The notes beneath the pieces were generated by a model, which was not told the DNA's origin, did not search any database, and saw only the letters and a program-made list of their open reading frames with translations. A DNA stretch of 32,000 bases from Erysipelothrix larvae (GTDB taxonomy: Bacteria; Bacillota_I; Bacilli_A; Erysipelotrichales; Erysipelotrichaceae): contig NZ_CP013213.1 of NCBI RefSeq assembly GCF_001545095.1, positions 2,040,001 to 2,072,000 of the forward strand, read 5' to 3'. A program made the translations under genes and the position numbers. Of this stretch, positions 24,391-32,000 are shown piece by piece (positions within the stretch are counted from its first letter, which is position 1; every line of letters begins with the position of its first letter).

Positions 24391-24453
24391 ACAAAAGAAA
24401 AGGAGTCAACCAAGCTTATGCTAAGTTGACCCCATTGTCCACTAAATAGTGGA
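24391..24453. repeat. Right terminal inverted repeat of the IS1634-like element
   Basis: It is the reverse complement of 20067-20129. It ends 12 bp from the 3' end of tRNA-Phe. Confidence 0.85.
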
Positions 24454-24465
24454 CTTGATGTCGAA

Positions 24466-24541
24466 TGGTGGCTCCTCTCAGAATCGAACTGAGGACACAC
24501 GGAGCTTCAATCCGTTGCTCTACCAACTGAGCTAAAGAGCC
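24466..24541 (-). tRNA. tRNA-Phe (GAA)
   Basis: GGCTCTTTAGCTCAGTTGGTAGAGCAACGGATTGAAGCTCCGTGTGTCCTCAGTTCGATTCTGAGAGGAGCCACCA. It folds as a cloverleaf with anticodon loop TTGAAGC and an encoded CCA. Confidence 0.95.
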
Positions 24542-24542
24542 A

Positions 24543-24619
<77 letters not shown>

Positions 24620-24671
24620 ATATATATTTACTGCGCTTATACAGTATAACAAACTTTGAAATAAAAATCAA

Positions 24672-24760
24672 TGGCGGAGGAGGTGGGATTCGAACCCACG
24701 CATGCTCTCACATCTGCTGGTTTTCAAGACCAGTCCCTTCAGCCACTTGGGTACTCCTCC
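24672..24760 (-). tRNA. tRNA-Ser (UGA)
   Basis: GGAGGAGTACCCAAGTGGCTGAAGGGACTGGTCTTGAAAACCAG... with a long variable arm and an encoded CCA. Confidence 0.95.
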
Positions 24761-24774
24761 AGTTGAATTTTATT

Positions 24775-24851
24775 TGGTGGACCCTGTAGGACTCGAACCT
24801 ACGACCCACCGGTTATGAGCCGGATGCTCTAACCAACTGAGCTAAGGGTCC
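24775..24851 (-). tRNA. tRNA with CAU anticodon, probably tRNA-Ile2 (lysidine-modified) rather than Met
   Basis: GGACCCTTAGCTCAGTTGGTTAGAGCATCCGGCTCATAACCGGTGGGTCGTAGGTTCGAGTCCTACAGGGTCCACCA. Its body resembles Ile-type tRNAs of Bacillota as I remember them. An initiator and an elongator Met tRNA are already present in the same operon. Confidence 0.85.
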
Positions 24852-24874
24852 GTCCCTTTTGTTATTAATTTAAA

Positions 24875-24951
24875 TGGTAGCGGGAGTGAGGGTCGAACTC
24901 ACGACCTCCCGGGTATGAACCGGACGCTCTGGCCAACTGAGCTATCCCGCC
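24875..24951 (-). tRNA. Elongator tRNA-Met (CAU)
   Basis: GGCGGGATAGCTCAGTTGGCCAGAGCGTCCGGTTCATACCCGGGAGGTCGTGAGTTCGACCCTCACTCCCGCTACCA. Confidence 0.9.
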
Positions 24952-24978
24952 GTATATAAACAGTATCTTTTTTTTAAA

Positions 24979-25055
24979 TGGTCGGGATGACAGGATTTGA
25001 ACCTGCGACCCCTTGATCCCAAATCAAGTGCACTACCAAGCTGTGCTACATCCCG
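24979..25055 (-). tRNA. tRNA-Pro (UGG)
   Basis: CGGGATGTAGCACAGCTTGGTAGTGCACTTGATTTGGGATCAAGGGGTCGCAGGTTCAAATCCTGTCATCCCGACCA. Confidence 0.95.
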
Positions 25056-25064
25056 ATAAAAAAA

Positions 25065-25141
25065 TGGCGCGCCCGACAGGAGTCGAACCCATAACCTTCT
25101 GATCCGTAGTCAGACGCTCTGTCCAATTGAGCTACGGGCGC
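25065..25141 (-). tRNA. tRNA-Arg (ACG)
   Basis: GCGCCCGTAGCTCAATTGGACAGAGCGTCTGACTACGGATCAGAAGGTTATGGGTTCGACTCCTGTCGGGCGCGCCA. Confidence 0.95.
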
Positions 25142-25176
25142 GTTTCTATCTTATCCGATTAACCTTTAAATAAAGA

Positions 25177-25263
25177 TGGTGGGGATGAAGGGACTTGAAC
25201 CCTTACGAAGCTGGCTTCAACGGATTTTAAGTCCGTTGCGTCTACCGATTCCGCCACATCCCC
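25177..25263 (-). tRNA. tRNA-Leu (UAA)
   Basis: GGGGATGTGGCGGAATCGGTAGACGCAACGGACTTAAAATCCGTTGAAGCCAGCTTCGTAAGGGTTCAAGTCCCTTCATCCCCACCA. It has a long variable arm. Confidence 0.95.
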
Positions 25264-25272
25264 ATGTTTTAT

Positions 25273-25346
25273 TGGAGGTTCCTATCGGATTCGAACCGAT
25301 GATCACAGAGTTGCAGTCTATTGCCTTACCACTTGGCTAAGGAACC
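25273..25346 (-). tRNA. tRNA-Cys (GCA)
   Basis: GGTTCCTTAGCCAAGTGGTAAGGCAATAGACTGCAACTCTGTGATCATCGGTTCGAATCCGATAGGAACCTCCA. Confidence 0.95.
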
Positions 25347-25366
25347 GTTTCACACTGTGCTTATTC

Positions 25367-25394
25367 ATTATACAATATCAGTGAAAAATTGCAA
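25367..25394 (-). promoter_or_regulatory. Probable promoter of the tRNA operon (TTGCAA - 16 nt - TATAAT)
   Basis: The minus strand reads TTGCAATTTTTCACTGATATTGTATAATGAATAAGCACAGTGTGAAAC and then tRNA-Cys. The -10 box lies about 20 nt upstream of the mature 5' end. Confidence 0.5.
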
Positions 25395-25495
25395 GCACTA
25401 ATTTACTTTTTTTTTAATTGTTTTTTCTCAGTTATTTATGTTGAGTTTTGACACAACTTTTAGGTCATATTATATTTTGTCTCTATATGAGAATA

Positions 25496-25530
25496 CTGAA
25501 AAGAGGAAGCCAGTTATGGATCCTCTTCAG
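25496..25530 (-). terminator. Probable terminator after the GH4 gene
   Basis: The minus strand reads CTGAAGAGGATCCATAACTGGCTTCCTCTTTTCAG: a 7-bp core stem followed by a short U-run. Confidence 0.4.
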
Positions 25531-25560
25531 TACTCAATTGTTTCTCTTGATATAAATGTT

Positions 25561-26877
25561 TTATTTATTGAACTGTGGCAAATACTCTTTATGAGCTTCT
25601 AACAATTCATCTACGACAACTTCAGCGATCGTTGCACTTGGACACAATGGATTTGCGCTAAGGGCATATATTGCAAGTTCACGATTTCCAGTGATTGCTG
25701 CTTCACATACCATGCGTTCAAATGACTTAATGTTTTGAATTGAACCATTAATTCGTGGATCAAGTTCTCCAACTGTAATTGGCTTCGGACCATCTTTTGT
25801 AATAACACACGCAATCTCGACAGCACTATCTGAAGAAATGTTTGAAATAGCACCATTGTTTCGCACATTTACATACTGAATGTCCTGCTTGTTATTGTGA
25901 ATTGAGTTTATAAGACTGCACGCAGCATCGGAATAATGCGCTCCACCACGTTTTTCAAGTTGTGGGGGTTTAACACGAAGCTCGAGATCTTTATACAATT
26001 CAAATAATTCATCTTCAAGTTTTTTAACAACTTCTCCGCGTACGCGACCTTCTTTGTATTCTTCTAATTCTGTCTCGAGTTGTTCCTTTGTGAAGTAGTA
26101 ATAGTTGTGATATGGACAAGGAAGGTATCCTAGCCCCTTGATAAAGCTTGGTGAATACGATTGAGCTGTAAAGTTGTTCATTTGTAAGGCTTCTTCACTG
26201 CTCTCTATTTGCTTCTCAATGACCTTGTCTAATACAGACTCTCCTTTAACATAAGCATTAGTAACATAAATATGGTGGTTTACTCCACTGATTTCTAATG
26301 TCACATCATTCATATCAACATCTAGTTGTGTTGCGATATTGTGTTTAAGCCCAAAAGGTACATTGCACAAGCCAATTACACGTTTAAAGTTTGTATAGCG
26401 TAATACAGCTTCTGTTACCATACCTGCTGGATTTGTAAAGTTAATTAGCCATGCATTTGGACAGAGTTCCTGAATGTCTTTCACGATATCAAGAATTACC
26501 GGAATTGTTCTAAAGGCTTTGAACATTCCACCCGCTCCGTTTGTTTCTTGACCAATAATTCCGTGTTTAAGGGGAATCCGTTCATCTTTAATCCGAGCTT
26601 CTAATAACCCAATTCTCATTTGAGTTGTGACATAGTCCGCATCAACAAGTGCCTCGCGTCGATCATAGCTTAACACAACTTTAATCGGTAGGTTTGCTTC
26701 TTCTACCATCCGCTTTGCCAATGCACCAACAATTTCGAGTTTCTCGCGTCCTTTTTCAATATCTACAAGCCATAGTTCTGTTAGAGGAAACTCTTCATAA
26801 CGTTTAATAAATCCTTCAATTAATTCAGGCGTATAACTGCTCCCGCCACCAATCGTAACAACCTTTAATTTATCCAT
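25561..26877 (-). CDS. celF: 6-phospho-beta-glucosidase, glycoside hydrolase family 4 (CelF/ChbF/LicH-like)
   Basis: 438 aa. MDKLKVVTIGGGSSYTPELIEGFIKRY..., IGQETNGAGGMFKAFRTIPV and CPNAWLINFTNPAGMVTEA are near-identical in pattern to E. coli ChbF/CelF as I recall it (NAD/Mn-dependent GH4). Confidence 0.9.
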   Translation of the reverse strand: MDKLKVVTIGGGSSYTPELIEGFIKRYEEFPLTELWLVDIEKGREKLEIVGALAKRMVEEANLPIKVVLSYDRREALVDADYVTTQMRIGLLEARIKDERIPLKHGIIGQETNGAGGMFKAFRTIPVILDIVKDIQELCPNAWLINFTNPAGMVTEAVLRYTNFKRVIGLCNVPFGLKHNIATQLDVDMNDVTLEISGVNHHIYVTNAYVKGESVLDKVIEKQIESSEEALQMNNFTAQSYSPSFIKGLGYLPCPYHNYYYFTKEQLETELEEYKEGRVRGEVVKKLEDELFELYKDLELRVKPPQLEKRGGAHYSDAACSLINSIHNNKQDIQYVNVRNNGAISNISSDSAVEIACVITKDGPKPITVGELDPRINGSIQNIKSFERMVCEAAITGNRELAIYALSANPLCPSATIAEVVVDELLEAHKEYLPQFNK

Positions 26878-27000
26878 ATTATTTGCCTTTCTTTTGCGTT
26901 TATTTAACGCATTAAATCACCCATAAATACACTCATAGGTAACACCTAAATCATACACTATACACCTTAATCTTACAACGTATGATTTCTCAATAATCAT

Positions 27001-27038
27001 AAGAAAACAGAAGATCTGAATACTGCTAGATCTTCTGT
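27001..27038 (-). terminator. Rho-independent terminator after potD
   Basis: A perfect 11-bp stem, ACAGAAGATCT/AGATCTTCTGT, is followed on the minus strand by TTTCTT. Confidence 0.7.
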
Positions 27039-27044
27039 TTCACT

Positions 27045-28094
27045 TTATTGAGAGATTACTTTAATCCAAAGGTCACCCATAATTTCTTTTGTTACTGCAT
27101 TGTAGAAGAATTCTTCATCTAAATCAAAGTCAGCACGTGGAATATAAGAAGAAATACCTTCAAATTCTCCGCCTTCTGCTGTTAGTTCTTCAACCACCGC
27201 TTCAATTGGACTTGAGTATCCAACATAAACAGAATTAGCCATTGAGTTTTCTTCACGTGTAATGAAATCAATGAATTTATGTGCTAAGTCTTTATTCTGT
27301 GACACTTCAGGAATTACCATTGAATCAATCCATAGATTTGTTCCTTGTTTTGGTTCAAAGTATTCAAGGTTTTCGTTTTCAGATATAACAAATGTCGCAT
27401 CTCCAGAGTACATAACTGCAATGCTCTTTTCGCCACCAATCATACCATCAATTACAGTATCAGTCACAAAGATTGGATTTGTTGCGGCTTTCATTTCCAC
27501 AAGCCATTCGTATGCTTCATTGAGTTCTTGTTCATTTTCTGTGTTCATCGAATATCCCAAAGCCTTAAGTGCAACCATAAAACCATCGCGTTCTGAATCG
27601 TAGAAGAACACTTGCCCATTGTAATCTGTATTTTTAAAGATTTCCCAACCTTGTGCTTCAACAACACTTGAGTCCACTTTTGTTGTGTCATACACAATTC
27701 CAACACTTCCTACAAAGTAAGGAACGCTGTACTCATTGTTAGGGTCAAAGTGACGGTCTTGATAGTCATCACTAATGTTTGAGTAATTTGTAATCTTACT
27801 AAAATCAATTTTACTTAAGAGACCTTCTTCACGAAGACGTTGAATTGTGTAATCCGAAGGCACAATAACATCATAAGTTTCGCCGGATAAAAGTTTCGTA
27901 TACATTTCTTCATTTGATGTAAATGTATCATACTGAACACGAACACCATATTCTTCTTCAAATGCACTGATTACATCCGTATCAATATACTCACCCCAGT
28001 TATACACTCTTAACACTTCTTGTCCACTGCTATTTGAACCACATCCAACTAATACCATTAGGGATGCAACCAATCCTACAAATATTTTTTTCAT
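27045..28094 (-). CDS. potD: Spermidine/putrescine ABC transporter substrate-binding lipoprotein
   Basis: Lipobox LVGCGS. PotD-type sequence (LRVYNWGEYID..., YDVIVPSDY, NLWIDSMVIP). It is the last gene of a potABCD-ordered operon. Confidence 0.9.
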   Translation of the reverse strand: MKKIFVGLVASLMVLVGCGSNSSGQEVLRVYNWGEYIDTDVISAFEEEYGVRVQYDTFTSNEEMYTKLLSGETYDVIVPSDYTIQRLREEGLLSKIDFSKITNYSNISDDYQDRHFDPNNEYSVPYFVGSVGIVYDTTKVDSSVVEAQGWEIFKNTDYNGQVFFYDSERDGFMVALKALGYSMNTENEQELNEAYEWLVEMKAATNPIFVTDTVIDGMIGGEKSIAVMYSGDATFVISENENLEYFEPKQGTNLWIDSMVIPEVSQNKDLAHKFIDFITREENSMANSVYVGYSSPIEAVVEELTAEGGEFEGISSYIPRADFDLDEEFFYNAVTKEIMGDLWIKVISQ

Positions 28095-28106
28095 CGTATT
28101 TCCTCC

Positions 28107-28910
28107 TTAAACTTTAATACGTTTTGCACTATTCTTATTTAACATTGGTACTACATTAATAACGACTAAGAACACTGTGACAACCAGTACCATAATTGTA
28201 CTCAGTGCATTAATTGATGGGTTTAAGCGTTTTGACATGGTATAAACCATAATTGAGATGTTTTTGACGCCATTCCCAGTCACGAAATATGAAATCACAA
28301 AATCATCAAATGACATTGTAAATGCCAATAACGCTGCGGAAATCACACTTGGCATAATTTGCGGAATAATAATTTTTGTTAATGCCTGAGAGGGTGTTGC
28401 ACCTAAATCCATTGCTGCATCCGTTAAATTCGGATCAATTCTTCTCAGTTTTGGTAAAACCGTCAAGATTACATATGGAATACTGAATGCAATATGCGCA
28501 ATCAACATGGTCACAAAACCACGTGGCACTTTGAATGCCGTAAAGAGAATCATTAAACTGATCGCAGTCACCACTTCTGGATTCATGATTGGTAAGTTAT
28601 TAATCGTCAAGACAACCTGTTTAACTAAAGGCTTTGAATCACTCAGACCAATTGCAGCTAACGTTCCTGCAATCGTTGAAACAAAGGTTGAAATAAGAGC
28701 AATCGCAATTGTCGTTTGAACTGCTGCCATCATTTCTCGATTATTAAATAAGGTTTCATACCATTGTAATGAGAATCCTGTAAAATTAGTGAGTGAGCGT
28801 GAATCATTAAATGAGAACACGATCATCACAAGAATCGGAGCGTAGAAGAATGCAAGCATCGCAAACATTCCAGCAAACGAGAGCCCTTTATGCTTTTTAA
28901 TTCCAACCAT
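28107..28910 (-). CDS. potC: Spermidine/putrescine ABC transporter permease
   Basis: 267 aa with 6 TMs and an EAA-type loop (DAAMDLGATPSQALTKIIIPQIMP). Confidence 0.9.
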   Translation of the reverse strand: MVGIKKHKGLSFAGMFAMLAFFYAPILVMIVFSFNDSRSLTNFTGFSLQWYETLFNNREMMAAVQTTIAIALISTFVSTIAGTLAAIGLSDSKPLVKQVVLTINNLPIMNPEVVTAISLMILFTAFKVPRGFVTMLIAHIAFSIPYVILTVLPKLRRIDPNLTDAAMDLGATPSQALTKIIIPQIMPSVISAALLAFTMSFDDFVISYFVTGNGVKNISIMVYTMSKRLNPSINALSTIMVLVVTVFLVVINVVPMLNKNSAKRIKV

Positions 28911-28912
28911 AA

Positions 28913-29767
28913 TTAAGCCTCCTTCACTTTCTTACTTGGCCGATCATTATCGACAGTTTGATCAACACGGTTTGTTAAGTGCATTGACACCATAATCAGT
29001 GCTGCCATAATCAATGAAATCGCAGATCCAAAGTTCCAGTTTCCTTGTGTAATAAATTGCTTTTCAATTAAGTTACCAATTAGGATATACTGTCCACCCC
29101 CTAAGAATTGAGGAATTACAAAGGTTGAAACAGCGGGTAAGAACACCAATGTTATTCCTGAGATAACACCAGACAAAGAGAGTGGGAAAACGACTTTCAT
29201 GAATGTTTGACGTCGATTTGCCCCTAAATCATAACTTGCTTCGATGAGTGAATTGTCCATTCTACTTAATACCGTATAGATTTGAATAATCATAAAGGGC
29301 AAAAAGTTATAAACCATCCCTAATACAACCGCAAAGTCAGTGTAAAGCATTTTGATGGGACCCAAACCAAATTTTGCTAAGAATCCATTAATGAGCCCCA
29401 CATCGGACAAGATACTAATCCACGCATAGGTCCGAATCAACATATTAATCCACATTGGAATTGTAACAAGAAGAATTAAAAAGGTTTGCATCTTCTCTGA
29501 TTTGCGAGAAATTATATAAGCCAGCGGATAGCCAATAATGAGACAAATCACAGTAGTAATGAGCGCTATCTTTAGTGATTGCCACAACACTTGTAAGAAC
29601 ACCGGTTCAAAGAACCGTTTAAAGTGTTCAAGGGTGAAGTGAATAGGCACAATTGTATTTGACCCTGTTGTGGTAAAAGCATACAACACAATCAACAACA
29701 TTGGCACTACAATCAATAAGGATATCCAGACGATATAAGGAATAACCAGTCTACGATATACCTTCAT
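28913..29767 (-). CDS. potB: Spermidine/putrescine ABC transporter permease
   Basis: Start taken at [11 protein letters not shown] (ATG 29767, overlapping the potA stop as TGATG). EAA loop EASYDLGANRRQTFMKVVFPLSLSG. Confidence 0.9.
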   Translation of the reverse strand: MKVYRRLVIPYIVWISLLIVVPMLLIVLYAFTTTGSNTIVPIHFTLEHFKRFFEPVFLQVLWQSLKIALITTVICLIIGYPLAYIISRKSEKMQTFLILLVTIPMWINMLIRTYAWISILSDVGLINGFLAKFGLGPIKMLYTDFAVVLGMVYNFLPFMIIQIYTVLSRMDNSLIEASYDLGANRRQTFMKVVFPLSLSGVISGITLVFLPAVSTFVIPQFLGGGQYILIGNLIEKQFITQGNWNFGSAISLIMAALIMVSMHLTNRVDQTVDNDRPSKKVKEA

Positions 29768-30810
29768 CAGTATGCCTCCAACTTCCACATAACATGAATG
29801 TCTTCAGGGAAGAAATGGATACCTACCTCTTTTCCAATCTCTGAATTATCCGTTGTATGGATTACATAATCTCTGTATTTTGTGGATACAACGATTTCAT
29901 AATGAACGCCTTTGAACAAAATAGAATCAACAACACCCTTGAGTTTCCCCATCTCAATATCCACAATATCTAGATCTTCAGGTCGTATTACAATATCAAC
30001 CGCTTCATTTTCATCAAATCCATAATCAACACATTCAAATTCATGATCATCAAATGAAACCAAACGATCACGAATCATCGTGCCTTCAATGATATTCGAC
30101 TCCCCAATAAAATCAGCAACAAAGCGATTTTCAGGTTCATTATAAATATCCGATGGTGTTCCAATTTGCTGGATTTCACCTTCATTCATGACAACAATTT
30201 TGTCTGACATTGTTAAGGCTTCTTCTTGATCATGGGTTACATAAACAAAGGTAATCCCAACGTTTTGTTGGATTTCCTTAAGTTCATGTTGCATTTCTTT
30301 ACGCAACTTAAGGTCAAGCGCACCCAATGGTTCATCCAGAAGCAATACCATCGGTTCATTGATGAGCGCTCGCGCAATCGCAATACGTTGTTGTTGTCCC
30401 CCTGACATCAATGTTACAGAACGTTCTCCATAACCTTCTAAGTTAACAAGCTTCAACATGCGATTCACTTTTTGATTAATAATTTCTTCCGATTCTTTTT
30501 TAATACGCAAACCAAACGCAATGTTATCGTATACGTTCATATGCGGGAAGAGTGCATAACGTTGAAAGACTGTATTAATTTCACGTTTATAAGCAGGAAC
30601 TTTACTAATCTCAATCCCCTCAAAGACCACCTCACCCGAGTCTTGTTCTAAGAATCCACCTAAGATACGCAATAAAGTTGTTTTTCCACATCCTGATGGT
30701 CCAAGTAATGTTACAAACTCATTTTCAAAGATATCAAGATTGATACCTTTTAATACAATTTGATCGTCAAATTGTTTAACAATATTCTTAAATTGAATTA
30801 AAGCATCCAT
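29767..30810 (-). CDS. potA: Spermidine/putrescine import ATP-binding protein
   Basis: Start taken at [14 protein letters not shown] (ATG 30810, RBS GGAGGAAAG). The 25-codon extension in the track overlaps the upstream regulator gene. Walker [10 protein letters not shown], signature MSGGQQQR, Walker [12 protein letters not shown], and a TOBE-like C-terminus. Confidence 0.9.
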   Translation of the reverse strand: MDALIQFKNIVKQFDDQIVLKGINLDIFENEFVTLLGPSGCGKTTLLRILGGFLEQDSGEVVFEGIEISKVPAYKREINTVFQRYALFPHMNVYDNIAFGLRIKKESEEIINQKVNRMLKLVNLEGYGERSVTLMSGGQQQRIAIARALINEPMVLLLDEPLGALDLKLRKEMQHELKEIQQNVGITFVYVTHDQEEALTMSDKIVVMNEGEIQQIGTPSDIYNEPENRFVADFIGESNIIEGTMIRDRLVSFDDHEFECVDYGFDENEAVDIVIRPEDLDIVDIEMGKLKGVVDSILFKGVHYEIVVSTKYRDYVIHTTDNSEIGKEVGIHFFPEDIHVMWKLEAY

Positions 30811-30829
30811 GTTTTTGCTTTCCTCCCTA

Positions 30830-31363
30830 TTAAAAGACTGGTGGTGTACAAACCCATAGGACTTGTACCTGTTGAGGATAGTCATTCCTTAAGAGATGAC
30901 CCTTGTTCCCTTTAATATAGAATGTTTGACCTTTTTTAATGACATAACTCTCATCCCCATATACTAGGGTGACTTTTCCCATTAAGACATAGCCAAACTC
31001 TTCGCCTTCATGTGGCGCAATTTCATTAGACTCAGCCCCTTGACCTAACTCTAATAAGATTGGTTCCATTTCATTTTTTTGTGCGTTTGGCACAATCCAA
31101 TGTATTTTTGAGTTCTCCCGCTCATCCACAAAGAAATCATCTTTTTTAAAGACTATTTGTTCTGAAGACTCTTCCTCAAAAAATCGAGATAAATCCATCC
31201 CTAACGCTTCAACAATATCACTAAGCGTTGCAATTGATGGTGATGTTAAGTCATTCTCGAGTTGAGAGAGAAACCCCTTCGACAATTCACAACGGCTTGC
31301 TAATTCCTCAAGTGTTAATCCATTCTGAATTCGGTAGCGTTTAATTTTCTTGCCGATCTCCAT
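30830..31363 (-). CDS. XRE-family HTH + cupin domain transcriptional regulator (PuuR-like)
   Basis: N-terminal [37 protein letters not shown]-terminal cupin [33 protein letters not shown]. It lies directly upstream of potA. Confidence 0.85.
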   Translation of the reverse strand: MEIGKKIKRYRIQNGLTLEELASRCELSKGFLSQLENDLTSPSIATLSDIVEALGMDLSRFFEEESSEQIVFKKDDFFVDERENSKIHWIVPNAQKNEMEPILLELGQGAESNEIAPHEGEEFGYVLMGKVTLVYGDESYVIKKGQTFYIKGNKGHLLRNDYPQQVQVLWVCTPPVF

Positions 31364-31537
31364 TTTAGCCTCCTTGTTTACTTCTACTAAACTTAAATGT
31401 TAGTAAGACCAAACAAACATTATTATACAGAGTTCACTTGAAAATGCAAGTAGATTTATCAAAATATTCCTTGATGTCATTAAATATTTTTTTATATGGG
31501 TATAATAATAACCCAGTCAGTATAAAAGGATAAAAAA

Positions 31538-31560
31538 AATCGACATGTTAATGTCGATTT
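31538..31560 (-). terminator. Rho-independent terminator after trxA
   Basis: AATCGACAT-GTTA-ATGTCGATT hairpin flanked by an A-run and a T-run. On the minus strand it is followed by TTTTTTTT. Confidence 0.7.
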
Positions 31561-31563
31561 TTA

Positions 31564-31866
31564 CTATGAATTGATGAATTTTTCAACTTCTGGTTTTGGC
31601 ATAAAACCAGTGCGACGTCCAACAGGTTTCCCATCTTTAAAGAGAATCAATGTAGGAATTGACATAACGTCGAAACGTTGTGCAAGTTCTCCATCAGCGT
31701 CAACGTCAACTTTAACAACTTTAACGTTTTCTTTATTACTTTCCGCAACTTCTTTTAAGATTGGAGATATCATCTTACATGGCCCACACCAATCGGCGTA
31801 GAAGTCAACTAAGACAACACCTTCTTTTACTGCTTCATCAAATGTATGTGTTTTTACAATTTCCAT
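31564..31866 (-). CDS. trxA: Thioredoxin
   Basis: WCGPC active site. Start taken at MEIVKTHTF (RBS AGGAGGTG), 7 codons downstream of the track start. Confidence 0.9.
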   Translation of the reverse strand: MEIVKTHTFDEAVKEGVVLVDFYADWCGPCKMISPILKEVAESNKENVKVVKVDVDADGELAQRFDVMSIPTLILFKDGKPVGRRTGFMPKPEVEKFINS

Positions 31867-31912
31867 ATATGCACCTCCTGATAGCATTAATATTATAGCA
31901 CATTTTTAAATT

Positions 31913-32000
31913 TCACTCATCTATATGCCCAACAGCCTTCAACAGATAGTTCAAAACACCATTCTTCATATTTGAATCAGTAATTGCATCTGCTTTACTT
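31913..32000 (-). CDS. 3' end of an unidentified gene that continues beyond the window
   Basis: The minus-strand frame is open from the window edge: ...KADAITDSNMKNGVLNYLLKAVGHIDE, then a stop (TGA at 31915-31913). It is too short to assign. Confidence 0.4.
   Translation of the reverse strand, partial: SKADAITDSNMKNGVLNYLLKAVGHIDE

Larger units (their letters stand above)
20067..24453 (-). mobile_element. IS4-superfamily (IS1634-like) insertion sequence, inactivated by a nested IS21 insertion
   Basis: 63-bp terminal inverted repeats at 20067-20129 and 24391-24453 differ only in the centre of a small palindrome (TCCACTAAATAGTGGACAATGGGGTCAACTTAGCATAAGCTTGGTTGACTCCTTTTCTTTTGT). The transposase is split into N- and C-terminal parts on either side of the IS21. 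I could not recognise a target duplication. Confidence 0.75.

Noticed and set aside
25611-25868. 85-aa minus ORF inside the GH4 gene. Similar internal ORFs occur in potD (27262-27603, 27345-27596), potC (28507-28719), the permeases, the lipoprotein gene and the transposase genes.
   Set aside because: All are alternative-frame ORFs within well-supported genes.
29767-30885. Long form of potA, with 25 extra N-terminal codons overlapping the regulator gene by 56 nt.
   Set aside because: The internal ATG at 30810 is preceded by a GGAGGAAAG RBS and begins the conserved MxxxIxFKN ABC N-terminus. The extension has no conservation-like features.

Overview
Low-GC Bacillota-type chromosome segment, possibly Erysipelotrichia-like (a guess from gene content only). 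Nearly all cellular genes are on the minus strand. From left to right the window contains five blocks. (1) 1-3179: a SipW/TasA-type operon. It encodes a TasA/CalY-like subunit, a small LANTG-anchored protein, a SipW signal peptidase, and a large adhesin with Ig-like and RCC1 repeats. The adhesin runs off the window and is missing from the ORF track. (2) 3526-5007: a lipoprotein FAD-dependent fumarate/urocanate-reductase-like flavoprotein. (3) About 5.1-24.45 kb: an accessory block bounded by mobile-element debris. The debris comprises a degraded DDE transposase tail, a broken TnpB, a serine-recombinase pseudogene, an ISL3-like element with an 8-bp target-site duplication, and an IS4/IS1634-like element split by a nested IS21. 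The core of this block (6615-16654) holds two diverged paralogous four-gene cassettes. Each encodes a small Sec-secreted beta-rich protein, a beta-propeller (DUF5050-like) lipoprotein, an ABC ATPase, and a giant internally duplicated ABC-2-type permease. This is my top candidate for an undescribed system; it may be a Sec-dependent bacteriocin/toxin plus immunity-type module, by analogy with lactococcin-972 loci. (4) 24466-25346: a nine-gene tRNA operon. (5) Housekeeping genes: a GH4 6-phospho-beta-glucosidase, an XRE-cupin regulator with potABCD, and thioredoxin. I saw no CRISPR array, rRNA gene or prophage structural genes. All family assignments come from motif recognition by eye; no database search was run.
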